Notes: generated from the letters alone by a model not told the origin. A stretch of DNA of 64,000 bases from an uncultured delta proteobacterium (GCA_963785725.1 CAWAWS010000003.1:448001-512000), one strand, 5' to 3'. Positions 31,034 through 41,182 are shown, counted from the first letter of the stretch. Translations and numbers: made by a program.

Positions 31034-31940
31034 GATCGAGACCGGCGAATTTGCCCCATTCCGCCACGGTGCGCGCCGTGCCGAGGCCGTAGCGACCGAG
31101 GCTGGCGACGTCGCCCTTGCCGAACACGATCGTCTGCAAGCGCTCGATCATGCGATCGGTGCGCTCCCTCTGCCAGCGGCCGGTCTTGGTCTCCCAGACC
31201 TTGTGCCGATAGCCGCCCGGATAGTTCGAGTAGTCGAGGTGCCACACTTGGATCTCGTCGGGCAAGAACATGTCCCAGCCGTGGGTGAACGTGCGAATCG
31301 AGAGCGGCCCTTCGTGACCCGCGTTGATCATCGCCGGATCCTCGGGCACCTCGTCGATCCAAGCGCCGTACGTAAAGACGAAGTTGCAACAGGTGAAGGG
31401 CGTCATTTGGTGCGGCTCGGATTTGCGCGCGCGCGACATCTGGATATCGAGCCAACCTTCGGGCCGCACGATCTCGCAGCTGATGAGCGGCACGCCATCT
31501 TCCGGCATCCCCGCCCACGGGAATACGACGTTGCGCGCCTCGTCGAAGGTGAACGGCGGTGAGCTGGTGGTGAGCAGCGGCTTCTTGCTCGGCTTACGCT
31601 CGAGCTGCGCGATCAGGTTTTCGTCCCAGCCCGGCGCGAACGCCGTGTGCGAGTCGATGAGCAGATGATAGCGCTCGCCGTTGTAGAGCTTCTGCACCTC
31701 GGCACGCGCCCATCCGTAGCCGAGGCTCGCTTGGAAGGGATATTTGCGAATGCGAAACTGCGGGTGATGGCGGTAGCGATCGAGCTGCTCGTGCTCATCC
31801 GCTTGCCAGCACAGGCCGAACGTCAAGCGATCGGGATGGGTGGCGCCGGCGAGCGCCGACTCGATGGTGAACGGCAGGTACAAGTCGCGATAGGCGGCAA
31901 TCGAGACGAAGATCTGCCGCTCTTTCGTCGCGTCCATCAC
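31023..31940 (-). CDS. GT60 Skp1-hydroxyproline-type alpha-GlcNAc transferase
   Basis: IFVSIAAYRD, GLCWQ, WAR, LIDSH...WDE, EVPEDP, IRTFTHGWD, WH. Confidence 0.85.
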   Translation of the reverse strand: MMDATKERQIFVSIAAYRDLYLPFTIESALAGATHPDRLTFGLCWQADEHEQLDRYRHHPQFRIRKYPFQASLGYGWARAEVQKLYNGERYHLLIDSHTAFAPGWDENLIAQLERKPSKKPLLTTSSPPFTFDEARNVVFPWAGMPEDGVPLISCEIVRPEGWLDIQMSRARKSEPHQMTPFTCCNFVFTYGAWIDEVPEDPAMINAGHEGPLSIRTFTHGWDMFLPDEIQVWHLDYSNYPGGYRHKVWETKTGRWQRERTDRMIERLQTIVFGKGDVASLGRYGLGTARTVAEWGKFAGLDLSA

Positions 31941-32920
31941 AGCGACCTCGCGAATCGGAGCGCGCCGATGCGCTCCAGGCCTCGAATGACCCGCTCGACG
32001 TCGGTTTGCAGCGTCCCCGTTGGCATCTCGTAACGTGCTTCGAGGGTGTGGCGAATCTCGGCAATGGTGCGCGAGCCGTCACAGATGTGCCAGATCGCCG
32101 CGCCCGAAGCGTTGAGCGAGATCGCGTCCGCGCGCCCGGGAATCTCCAGGAACAGCGAGCCCAAGAGCTGGCCCTCCCGCACGTCCGCTCGTTTGCATGG
32201 TCGGAGAGACGCCAGCTCATCGCCTTCGTCATCGGCTGGCGCGGCACCGTCGGCGGCATCGCGGCTCGTCGCGAGGTCCGCCACCGCGTGAGGGACACGC
32301 GCCTCGGCCGCGGCGATCACATAGGCGACCTCGTCCGCGTCGCCGCGCGCGCCGTCGCAGCGCGCCGTTTCCGCGCGAATGAGGCTCATCAGCTCGAGCC
32401 AGCGCGCGACGATCTTGCGCAGATCGGTCGAGTGGATGAGGACCGGCAGCCGAACCGCCGCCAGCTCGAGCTGGCGATCGACACAGAAACGGTCGAGGAA
32501 CGAAAATGCCGCGCCCAAACCGAACGGGCCCGCGCCCGCCGGACGGTCGAGCCAAGCGCCGGCCTTGGCCTGACCGGGCCGTATCTCATCCGCCATGGCG
32601 GCGCGGAAGTCGAAGGTCGGCTCGACGAGCAGGATGGTGCCCTGCACGTCCTCGGTGAAGAGCCATTCGAGCAGCCCTGCCGCTCTTTGATACGGCGGAT
32701 AGACGTCGTCCGTGTAGGGATGCGGTGACCAGGACATCGTCGTGACGACGCGCGCGTGCGGAGACGACGGCAGCGGCCGCGACGGGTCTTGCGCGACGAG
32801 CCGAACGAGCTCGCCCGGCTGCCGCACCCGATGCCAGGAGCGCGCGAGGCGCCCAACCTGTCCGTCGACGTCGCCGGCGGCGTCGTCATGGGACGACGTG
32901 CAGAAAACGGTGTAAATCAC
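31937..32920 (-). CDS. HPAT/SGT1-like glycosyltransferase domain fused to a C-terminal PqqD/RRE domain (copy A)
   Basis: YTVFC...QPGELVRLV...SPHPYTDDVYPPYQRAAGLLEWL; C-terminal LNASGAAIWHICDGSRTIAEI...DV...L...G. Confidence 0.75.
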   Translation of the reverse strand: MIYTVFCTSSHDDAAGDVDGQVGRLARSWHRVRQPGELVRLVAQDPSRPLPSSPHARVVTTMSWSPHPYTDDVYPPYQRAAGLLEWLFTEDVQGTILLVEPTFDFRAAMADEIRPGQAKAGAWLDRPAGAGPFGLGAAFSFLDRFCVDRQLELAAVRLPVLIHSTDLRKIVARWLELMSLIRAETARCDGARGDADEVAYVIAAAEARVPHAVADLATSRDAADGAAPADDEGDELASLRPCKRADVREGQLLGSLFLEIPGRADAISLNASGAAIWHICDGSRTIAEIRHTLEARYEMPTGTLQTDVERVIRGLERIGALRFARSL

Positions 32921-33945
32921 GCCTTCGCCTCTCCCTCGACGCGGCGCCGTCGTGCCGTCGCGCCGCCCGAAAAGTGGCCCCAGCCGAAGGTCGCGCGCGG
33001 GTCGACCTCGGTGCCGCGATGGAACCACATGGTGACGGCGAAGCGGCTGTCGGCGAACGCGCCCGATGGACAGCGCACCGGCAGCGCTTCGTGCAGCTCG
33101 TCGCTCGGGAACACGACCAGGCGATTGGCCAGCGGCGCGATGGCCGTGAAGGTCTCGGCCGCAGTCCGCGCGCCCGCGGCCTCGACGCGGTCATAGAGAC
33201 GCAGCTCGCCGCCGGCGAATCCGCGCGGCTGGCGATGCAAATAGTAAATACAGGTGAGCAGGCGCGGGATATCCGCAGCCTCGTCGGTGTGCGTCTTGAA
33301 ATAGTAGCCGTCCTTGGCCGCCGTCAGCTGCGACTCGAAGGCGGCGAGCGGGAAGATGGGCGTGCCCAAAATCTTGCCGAGCAGCGGAAGCCAAATCAGC
33401 AGCCGATTCTCGAGCAGCCGACTGTGCACCGACTCTTGGAAGTTCAAGATCGCCTGATTTTGTCGTACGCCGGGCTCGTAGGCGCTCACCGTTCCCGCTT
33501 GGAAGTGCGCTTCGGAGAAGAGCGCATAAGCGAGCAGCTCGTCATGCTCCGGCACGCTCAGGAAATCGTCGACGACGAAGAAGCGCGGACGGCACAGGCG
33601 CAGGGTCGGGCCGCTCTCGACTCCATCGTCGCGCCACCGCTCGTCTCGCGCGTCCATTGCCTGGCTCGGTGGCCGGAGAAGCTCGCCCTTCCTTGCGCCG
33701 CCAGGCCTGGGCGGCTCGAGGACGACGGGCGGATGGCTCTCGATGGAGACGAGGTTGGCCGTCTGAAAAGACCAGGCGACGCGGCCACCCGCGAGCGGAA
33801 GCTGGACGAGCTGGTTCTCGGCGTTGCGATTGGCGAGCGCGCCGAAGAGGACGGCCAGCTCCGGCGCGCCTTCTTGCAGGCTCACTTGGCGCGTGTCGCC
33901 GCCGGCCAAGCGAATCGTGAGCGTGATTTCGCGGGGCGCCGCCAT
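32917..33945 (-). CDS. Fe(II)/2OG oxygenase, prolyl-hydroxylase-like, with extra N-terminal domain (copy A)
   Basis: KTHTD, TCIYY, FAGGELRLYD, LHEALPV, SRFAVT. Confidence 0.85.
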   Translation of the reverse strand: MAAPREITLTIRLAGGDTRQVSLQEGAPELAVLFGALANRNAENQLVQLPLAGGRVAWSFQTANLVSIESHPPVVLEPPRPGGARKGELLRPPSQAMDARDERWRDDGVESGPTLRLCRPRFFVVDDFLSVPEHDELLAYALFSEAHFQAGTVSAYEPGVRQNQAILNFQESVHSRLLENRLLIWLPLLGKILGTPIFPLAAFESQLTAAKDGYYFKTHTDEAADIPRLLTCIYYLHRQPRGFAGGELRLYDRVEAAGARTAAETFTAIAPLANRLVVFPSDELHEALPVRCPSGAFADSRFAVTMWFHRGTEVDPRATFGWGHFSGGATARRRRVEGEAKA

Positions 33946-35942
33946 CACGCCGCGGCCTCCCAACCCGCCTCGCTGAAGCGCGCGACGATTCGCGCCGCTT
34001 CGTCCGGCTGGCTGAAGCGCAGCTGCGCCGCGGGCCGCTGTTCGACGAGCCGGCAGAGGTGGTTGACGGCGCGATCGCGGTCGATGCGAAAGTCGATCGA
34101 GGCGCCGATCAGCGCGGCGACCGCCTCCGCCGGCGACATGGGCGCGATGCGACTGTCGCGCGTATACAGCGGCGTTCTCTTGGCGATCACCAGTCGCTCG
34201 AGCGGAGCGGCAAAGCGGCCGGGCCCGGCTGCGCCTTCGGGCTGCGAGCGCGCGCACAGCGGCACGGCCACCAGGTCGGCCGCGCGGATGGCGATGACGC
34301 TGCGATCGATCAGCCGAAAGCCTTGCGCCTCGATGGCGCGCACCAACGCGTGGGTGGGATCGGCGATCTCACCCGCGATCACGAGGCCGCGCCCGCCTTT
34401 GACGAACGCCGCCGCCGAAAGCCACGTGTAGTTGTGGCGCGCGCGGGCGTAGATGCGGGCGATGTACCGCTTGAGCACGAGCGGCAGCTCCTTCGCGCCG
34501 CAGGCTATCTTCTGATCGCTGCCACGCTGCGCGATGCTGTAGGTCGTGTCGTGGCCGACGTCGAGGTTGGCGATCACGTTGCGCGCCTGCGTGGTCGCGT
34601 CCGCGCCCAGCTGCACGGAGAGCTGCTTGAGCAAGGCGGCGTCTTTGCACCACACGGCCACCTGCAGATCCTCGAAGCCGACATACACGACCGCTTCGTC
34701 TTTGGGCGCGAGCGCGGGCGCGCTCGGGCGCGCACCCAAAGACGCCGGCTTTGCCTCCGCGACCTTGACGAGCGCGCCCGTCTCGAGGACCTCGGGCAAG
34801 AGGAAGCTCTCGGGCCACTCGCGCATCCAGGCCGGGTTGAGCTGCTGGCTGACGCGATTCCACGAATAGGGCCCGGCGAAATCCTCGACCATCTCGCCGC
34901 GCTCGAGCAGGATGCACTCGCTGACGGCGTGGCGGCCGCGCTCGAGCTCCGCCTCCGCGTCCGGCAGCTCGTTCCACAAGTAGCGAAAGGCCTCGGGCTT
35001 GCCGCGATTGCCGCGATAGCGCTGGATCAGCCCGGTGAACGTGCTCGTCATCGTGCCCATGAACTCTTTCGCTTCCGCCGCCACGAGCTGCGACAGATAG
35101 GCGAGGCTCAAGCTGTCGCTGCGCGGCAGCTTGAGCAGCTCGCGGCCGTAGTGATCGAGGATGTGCCAATCGATGAAGTAGTGATGCGGATAGGCCTGCT
35201 TGATCGCCGTGAAGAAGGGATCGTCGCGCTCGTCGGTGAGGATGACCAACGGCTCCCTGCGGCTGAACAGCGGCTCCATCGCCTCGAGGGCTTCGGCCGG
35301 CTTGCGGTCGAGCGTCGTCACGCCGTAGGTGACCTTGAAGTCGCCGCGGCGGAAATGCACCGCGTTGAAGGCGCCGAGGTCGCGCGCCACGCGCTGGGCG
35401 AGCTCGGCGAACGGGCGCTTCGCCTGCATGTTCCGCAAGAGCCGGTACACCGATCGCCGCGTCTCGTGATCGAAATAGAATTGATAGCTGTAATAGCCGA
35501 GATTGGAGCGCTTATTCGCCTGCTCGGACAGCGCCAGCACGGGGATTTGCTCGTGCTCGCCCGTCACCGTCACCCAGTGGCGCCGACTGCGTGCGAAGGC
35601 GCGCGCATCGGACGAGGACACGTCGAGCGTCTTCGGAAAGTAGAGCGCGCAGTCCCACAGCGAGTGCTCGGTGAGCTCGCGGCGCGCCAGCCCAGCGAGG
35701 TCGACGGCGTCCGGCTCGACCCACGCCACCGGCATCTCGATGAGGTCGGTGACCCGGCTCGGAACGGCGTTGTCGACGCGACCGTCATAGCTGACGAGGT
35801 TGGCGGGTGGCGGAATATTGCCGTCGAGCACCAAGAGGCGATTGGTCAGATGCGCCAGGATCACGCCGATTTCGATCGACATGATGCCGTTGGACAGCCC
35901 CGAATTTCCCGACTGATAATTGGTGTACAGGAGATAGCGCAT
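33945..35942 (-). CDS. O-fucosyltransferase-like protein with a C-terminal degenerate HPr-kinase-like domain
   Basis: SGLSNG, AVHFRRGDF, ILTDE, SQLVAAEAKEFMGTMTSTFT; C-terminal AAAFVKGGRGLVIAG. Confidence 0.75.
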   Translation of the reverse strand: MRYLLYTNYQSGNSGLSNGIMSIEIGVILAHLTNRLLVLDGNIPPPANLVSYDGRVDNAVPSRVTDLIEMPVAWVEPDAVDLAGLARRELTEHSLWDCALYFPKTLDVSSSDARAFARSRRHWVTVTGEHEQIPVLALSEQANKRSNLGYYSYQFYFDHETRRSVYRLLRNMQAKRPFAELAQRVARDLGAFNAVHFRRGDFKVTYGVTTLDRKPAEALEAMEPLFSRREPLVILTDERDDPFFTAIKQAYPHHYFIDWHILDHYGRELLKLPRSDSLSLAYLSQLVAAEAKEFMGTMTSTFTGLIQRYRGNRGKPEAFRYLWNELPDAEAELERGRHAVSECILLERGEMVEDFAGPYSWNRVSQQLNPAWMREWPESFLLPEVLETGALVKVAEAKPASLGARPSAPALAPKDEAVVYVGFEDLQVAVWCKDAALLKQLSVQLGADATTQARNVIANLDVGHDTTYSIAQRGSDQKIACGAKELPLVLKRYIARIYARARHNYTWLSAAAFVKGGRGLVIAGEIADPTHALVRAIEAQGFRLIDRSVIAIRAADLVAVPLCARSQPEGAAGPGRFAAPLERLVIAKRTPLYTRDSRIAPMSPAEAVAALIGASIDFRIDRDRAVNHLCRLVEQRPAAQLRFSQPDEAARIVARFSEAGWEAAA

Positions 35943-36590
35943 CTATTCCCTCGTCGCCGTGCCTGCAGCAGTCGCGGGATGGTAGTGAACGAAGATTCCC
36001 GCGTAGAAATCGCCGTCGAGCGGATAGGGGCGACCATGCGCCAGACGCACGCCTTCATAGAGGACGTATTCGCCCGGCTCCATGTCGACTTGGTGCACTC
36101 GACCGTCGAGGCCCTCGATGTGCAGCGGCCAGCGCGACTCGAGCGCGTGATCGATGCAGATCGTCGAGCTGACGAAGTGCGGCTGGCGATCGACATGGTT
36201 GTACAGGAAGGTTCCGCGTTGATAGCAGCGAATGCCGTAACAGGCCGAGAGCTCGAGCAGCCTACCCGCCCACGCTTCGTGCAGCGGCTTGAGCTCGTCG
36301 GCGAGCTGCGCGTTGAACGCGTCCTCTTGGAATAGGAGCGCCGGAATCACGTCTTGGCGAGCGCTGCGAATTTCGTCGGAGGCGCGCTCGGGACGAAACT
36401 GCGCCAGGTTGTCGCGCAACTGCGTCACCAGTCGTGCGTGGATGGCCGGCGCCAGTCGCCCCTTTTGGAAGCCGAGCCCGAGACTGGGCGCCGCGGCCTG
36501 CATCTCTTCGCACTTCTTGCGTAGATACGGCGGCGCCGTCAGCTCCGTCAGCAGCGGCTGCCCCGGCTCGGCTTCGCGCGCGCGACTCAT
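35943..36590 (-). CDS. Fe(II)/2OG oxygenase, prolyl-4-hydroxylase-like
   Basis: YGIRCY, HVDR, WPLHIE, PGEYVLYEG, HGRP, FVHY. Confidence 0.8.
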   Translation of the reverse strand: MSRAREAEPGQPLLTELTAPPYLRKKCEEMQAAAPSLGLGFQKGRLAPAIHARLVTQLRDNLAQFRPERASDEIRSARQDVIPALLFQEDAFNAQLADELKPLHEAWAGRLLELSACYGIRCYQRGTFLYNHVDRQPHFVSSTICIDHALESRWPLHIEGLDGRVHQVDMEPGEYVLYEGVRLAHGRPYPLDGDFYAGIFVHYHPATAAGTATRE

Positions 36591-37915
36591 GCGTGCTCCT
36601 TCTGAAGGCGCCTCCGCGCGGCGAGGCCGAGGTCGAAAAATCGGCGCTCGAGGTCGGTCTTGGCCGAGGCGCGAAAGCTGGCCAGGTTCTCGGCGAGGAA
36701 GTCGCGATCGGCGAACAGCTGCTTGTTCCACGCCGAGCCCAAGAAGGGGCCGCCGCAGCCGTCGTTGACGTCGGCGTAATAGTGGAAGAACGAGCCGGCG
36801 GCGACCGACTCCTGCTGCGGCACCGGTGTCATGAACTGCGGCGCTTGCAAGAGCTCGTAGTCGACACGATTGGCCGTCAGCGCCATGGCAAAGCAGGCCA
36901 TCTCCGCCATCCACACGCGGCTATCGGGAAGGCCGCCGGTCTTGCCGAGCAAGTAGATGATCTGCGCGAAGCGGAAGCAGTCTTTGATGACCTTGTCGTG
37001 CTTCAAGGTCGCGCCGGTCATGAAGACGGTGACGGCGCCGCGTTTGAGCTCGGTTCGACAGCCGAGCGCACCGAGCAGCTGTTGCAGGTCGATGCCGCTG
37101 TCGTCGTCGCCGCGGCTGAGAAAGCGCGGGTCGCGCATGATCGCGTCCGCGGCCAAGGCATTTCCGACCGGGAACACCTCGCGGTTCAGGTCACCGTACA
37201 AGAAGACGTCGCTGTCCATGAGGCAGACGAGATCAGCGGCAGCGACCCGCGGCGCCATCGCGTTGAGGGCCTCGACGCGGTTGAGCGCCACGTAGCCGCC
37301 ATCATGCGACGAGAAGTCGATCTTGTGGCTGTGCGCGTGGTTTCGTCCCGTGAGCACGCCGACCCCGTAGAGCGAGACGAGACGCGTCAGCGCCGGCGAA
37401 AGCGCCGCATGATCGTTGCACACGACGAGCGTGATGTCCCAGCCGGGCGCGAGCTGACCGACGAGCGACTCGAGCAGAATGCCGAGCTGCCAATGAAAAT
37501 ACGGTTTGTCCTCGACTCCGAAGACGAAGCGCACGCGCGGCCGGAGCGCGACTCCCGTTACCGTGTCGTCCGCGAAGGCCACCTCGTCGGCGAGCGCGCG
37601 CTCGGATGAAGGCAGCGCCAAATCGATCATGCCGAGCTGCGCAAAGTGGAACAGCGCCTCGGTGATATCGGCCAGGATGCGAACGTTTCTTCCGTCGTAG
37701 CGCGTGCGCAGCGCGTCGAGCATGTCGAGCGCCGTGTGCGCACCGTCGCAGAGCTGCCAGACCGCGGCCGCCGACTCGTTCAGCGCCAGCGCGACCTCAC
37801 CATCGGGCGACAAGACCACGAGCTCGTTGGCGACGGGAAACAACGAAAAGCCCAGCTTCGCTTGCGGTCGCGCGCTCGAACGGCCGCGAGCACGCGCGCC
37901 CATGTCGTTCATCAA
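36587..37915 (-). CDS. N-terminal PqqD/RRE domain fused to an HPAT/SGT1-like glycosyltransferase
   Basis: LNESAAAVWQLCDG; YFHWQ, YVALNR, MDSD (DxD), WMAEM, FHYY, WNKQ. Confidence 0.8.
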   Translation of the reverse strand: MMNDMGARARGRSSARPQAKLGFSLFPVANELVVLSPDGEVALALNESAAAVWQLCDGAHTALDMLDALRTRYDGRNVRILADITEALFHFAQLGMIDLALPSSERALADEVAFADDTVTGVALRPRVRFVFGVEDKPYFHWQLGILLESLVGQLAPGWDITLVVCNDHAALSPALTRLVSLYGVGVLTGRNHAHSHKIDFSSHDGGYVALNRVEALNAMAPRVAAADLVCLMDSDVFLYGDLNREVFPVGNALAADAIMRDPRFLSRGDDDSGIDLQQLLGALGCRTELKRGAVTVFMTGATLKHDKVIKDCFRFAQIIYLLGKTGGLPDSRVWMAEMACFAMALTANRVDYELLQAPQFMTPVPQQESVAAGSFFHYYADVNDGCGGPFLGSAWNKQLFADRDFLAENLASFRASAKTDLERRFFDLGLAARRRLQKEHA

Positions 37916-37991
37916 TGACGTCTCTCCCGCGCAAGCTTCGGGTTTCGGGCCGCGACGATGCTACCGCGATTTCACGAGCCACGAGCGCAAA

Positions 37992-39005
37992 TTAAAGTAT
38001 CCAGCCGCGCGCCTGCGCCTCTTCGAACGTCACCGCGAGCGCCCAATCGGCCTCCGAGTGAATGGTCACGGGATCGGGATTCTTGCCGGTGAAGACATCG
38101 GGGTGCGCGCGTTTCCGCTGAAAATCGAAGCCGGAGTACAGCTCGTATTGGCGCAGCGTGCGCGCGCGTCCGAGGCTGTAGGGCCCGAGCGTGTGCCCCT
38201 CGTTCGCGTAAACCAGGCGGCGCAGTCGCTCCAGCGCCGTGGCGTTGCGCCGGCGAACGACCTCGTCGCCATGCTCCCAATGACGACGCGGCGGCGCGCC
38301 CCGGTGCAACATGTGCCAAGCCAGCACCTCGGTCGGCAGGAAGAAGTCGTATCCCCAGGTATAGCTGCGAACCGAGACGCTCAGCTCTTCGCCCCAATAA
38401 TAGTGGTCGGGATCCTGCGGCACCTCGACGTTCCATTGACCGCGCGTAAAGACGAAGCCGCCGTTGACGACGCGGGTTCTGCCCGGCTTTTGCTGGTTGG
38501 GCTCGCCGAAGCCGAACCACGGCGCCCAGCCGCCTTGCTCGGACCAGTCGCTGACGCGCGTCGTCGGCACGCCCATGTCCAAGCGGCGCTGCAGCGAGCC
38601 GTCGTCATCGTAGTAAAAGAGCGGCGAATTCATGGTCAGGATCGGCTTTTCGGCCGGGAGCGACTCGAGCATCTGGACCAAGCGCGCATCCCAGCCGGGC
38701 TCGAGCTTCATATGCGAATCGATCTGCAGCGTATAGGGCTCGCCGCGCCACTGCGACTGGGCCAGATTGCGCGCCCACGGTCCGCCTTGGCTCTCTTGGA
38801 CGGTGCGATCGATGAAGCGAAAACGCACATCGCGACGGAACCGCGACAGATCGAGCGGCGCGGCCGGATCGGCCTGCCAGCAGATGCCGAAGCGGAGCGC
38901 GGCCGGATGGCGCGCCATCGCCAGGCAGTCGTCGAGCGTGCGCGGCAGCTCCGGGTCGGCGTAGGCGGCAATGGCGACGAAGATCCGCTGGTCCGTCTTC
39001 ATCAC
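37992..39005 (-). CDS. GT60 Skp1-hydroxyproline-type alpha-GlcNAc transferase (second copy)
   Basis: IFVAIAAYAD, GICWQ, GPWARN, LQIDSH, EVPQDP, GEELSVSVRSYTWGYD. Confidence 0.85.
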   Translation of the reverse strand: MMKTDQRIFVAIAAYADPELPRTLDDCLAMARHPAALRFGICWQADPAAPLDLSRFRRDVRFRFIDRTVQESQGGPWARNLAQSQWRGEPYTLQIDSHMKLEPGWDARLVQMLESLPAEKPILTMNSPLFYYDDDGSLQRRLDMGVPTTRVSDWSEQGGWAPWFGFGEPNQQKPGRTRVVNGGFVFTRGQWNVEVPQDPDHYYWGEELSVSVRSYTWGYDFFLPTEVLAWHMLHRGAPPRRHWEHGDEVVRRRNATALERLRRLVYANEGHTLGPYSLGRARTLRQYELYSGFDFQRKRAHPDVFTGKNPDPVTIHSEADWALAVTFEEAQARGWIL

Positions 39006-39084
39006 GCGCGCTCGAGCTTACACCACCGAGCGGCATGATAGGCTGCAGCGTCTACCGCTCGCCAAGCGACGAGGACGACCTTCG

Positions 39085-41169
39085 ATGATGGACATCGTCG
39101 CGCGCGAGCCCGCGCAGCGCGCCACTTACAAGATCTATTTCCCGCTGTTCGATGACGTCGAGTCACTCAGCAACGAAGTGCGGCTCACCCATCAAGGGCT
39201 GCGCCAGCACCCGCACGTGCAGCTGGTCGACCGGCCGGAGCTGGCGGACTATCTCGTCCTCTGCCAGAACCACCTCGTCGCTCACAATCCGCATCACGCG
39301 CGCTTCGTCGCGATCAAGGACCAATACAAAGACAAGACGATCATGCTCGACTACGGCGACGATCCCCATGAGCTATGGGATCGGCACGACTTCCGCTGGC
39401 GGCTGTACTTCAAGCGCAGCGTGGTCGATCGGCGGCAAGGGCGCGTGCTCGGCTATGCCGGTCTGCCGGTCTGGCCGACGGCGTACGCGGTGGTCGACGA
39501 CATGTGCGAGCCGCCGCTGCCTCTCGACAGAGAACACCGTCACGCGCGCCCGCTCGACCTGTCCTGCCTGTTCGACGATAGCGTCCTCGAGAGTCCGTAT
39601 TTTCGGCTGGCCCGCGGGCGGCTGCTCAAGTTTGCCAAGCGTCTCGTGGCGACGCACGGTCTGAACGCGCAGCTCGGGACCGTCTCCGAATGCGGACCGG
39701 TCGGCCGGTCGGCCATCGATCCCAAATACAAAGAATGCCTGTGGGCCAGCAAGATCGTGTTGCACGCCAACCCGGATCGGTGGGAAGGCGATGCGCGGCT
39801 CTGGGAGGCGCTGGCTGCCGGCGCGCTGGTATTCGTCGAACGGTTGCATGCGCCCATCGCGCACCCGCTCGTCGATGGCGAGCATCTCGTCTTCTACGAT
39901 TTCACCGACGCGGGCATGGCGATCCTCGAGCGGCAGATCCTGCATTACCTGGCGAGCGACACAGAGCGCGAGCGCATCGCGGTGCAAGGAAGGCGGTTCG
40001 TGCTCGCGCATCATCGTTCGATTCACCGGGCCAACGAGATCATCAGTCGACTCGAGCAGCCGAGCGCCACCAAGGTCACGGCGAGCGCCAAGCCCGACAT
40101 CATCGTGGCCATGGCCAGCGGCTGCGCGCGCCTCGGCGACTACCGGACCTTCGTCGCGACCTTGCGCCGCAGCGGCGCCACCTGTCCCGTCTTTCTCGGC
40201 ATCGACGCCGGCTCCGCGTCCGCGCCGATCAAAAAGTACCTGCTCGAGCACGCCGTCAATTACTTCATGGTCGAGCCCATGACGGGTGGCGACCGCTTCG
40301 GCGAATACGCCAAGTGGCTACGCGACGTCGATTTTCGCTACGCGCTGCTGCTCGACTTCGGCGCCACCTACTTTCAACGCGATCCGTTCCTCGACGTCGA
40401 CGGCTACATGGCTGGTTGCGACCTTCTCGTCATGTCGGAGCTGGTCTTGGGGCGCAAGGCGGCGCTGCTGCGATTACTCGACGCGCTCGCCGCGCTCGAC
40501 CCGTCGCAGCGCGTCCAGCCGGACGTGCTGAGTCAGCTCGCACGGACAGGCCATCTCGACCATTGCGGTCGGATCCAGATCGAGCGCGCCGGCCAGAGCC
40601 TCGTCCATCAGCGTGAAGGACGAGTCGAGCCGTTGCGCGATCACGACGGCTGGCTGCTCGATGACGACGGCAACGTCTCCTCCGTCGTGCAGTGCGACAC
40701 GCGACTCCCCGACCTCGCGCCGTTCGTGTCGCGGTTGAGCGATTACGAGCAGCCGGACGAGCTGTTCGTGGCGAGCGGCAGCCGGCCCTATCGCGGGCAG
40801 AAATTCACGCTGTCGTCGCGCGCCGGGCTCAGGCCCGACGCAGTCTCGCGCCTGATCGCGCTGGCCAAGAGCATCTCCGTCGACAAAAAGCCGCTCTTCG
40901 TGCTCGACCGTCGTTTCCGGCGCGGCTTCGTCTTTGCTTACGGCGTGCTGAGCATCGATCTATTGGCGGAACCCGAGCCGCTGCGGCGCCGCTTCTTCCA
41001 CCCTTCGGACGACCGCAAGAAGTGCGCGCAATTCTGCGAGAAGCACGGTTACGCCGTCTTCCGCGTCGACGAGCACGCGCTCTTCGCGAGCGTCGGAGCG
41101 ACCGCGGATCGCGTGCTCACCGCGGACAGCTTTGCCGAAGCGCGCGCGCTCGCCGAGCGTTGGATCTGA
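39085..41169 (+). CDS. Multidomain glycosyltransferase (CgeB/Glyco_trans_1_2-like plus a second GT-like domain)
   Basis: YFKRS; ASKIVLH...RLWEALAAGAL...ERIAVQG; second domain FVATLRRSG...YFQRDPF. Confidence 0.65.
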   Translation: MMDIVAREPAQRATYKIYFPLFDDVESLSNEVRLTHQGLRQHPHVQLVDRPELADYLVLCQNHLVAHNPHHARFVAIKDQYKDKTIMLDYGDDPHELWDRHDFRWRLYFKRSVVDRRQGRVLGYAGLPVWPTAYAVVDDMCEPPLPLDREHRHARPLDLSCLFDDSVLESPYFRLARGRLLKFAKRLVATHGLNAQLGTVSECGPVGRSAIDPKYKECLWASKIVLHANPDRWEGDARLWEALAAGALVFVERLHAPIAHPLVDGEHLVFYDFTDAGMAILERQILHYLASDTERERIAVQGRRFVLAHHRSIHRANEIISRLEQPSATKVTASAKPDIIVAMASGCARLGDYRTFVATLRRSGATCPVFLGIDAGSASAPIKKYLLEHAVNYFMVEPMTGGDRFGEYAKWLRDVDFRYALLLDFGATYFQRDPFLDVDGYMAGCDLLVMSELVLGRKAALLRLLDALAALDPSQRVQPDVLSQLARTGHLDHCGRIQIERAGQSLVHQREGRVEPLRDHDGWLLDDDGNVSSVVQCDTRLPDLAPFVSRLSDYEQPDELFVASGSRPYRGQKFTLSSRAGLRPDAVSRLIALAKSISVDKKPLFVLDRRFRRGFVFAYGVLSIDLLAEPEPLRRRFFHPSDDRKKCAQFCEKHGYAVFRVDEHALFASVGATADRVLTADSFAEARALAERWI

Positions 41170-41182
41170 GTCGCTGCTGGCT

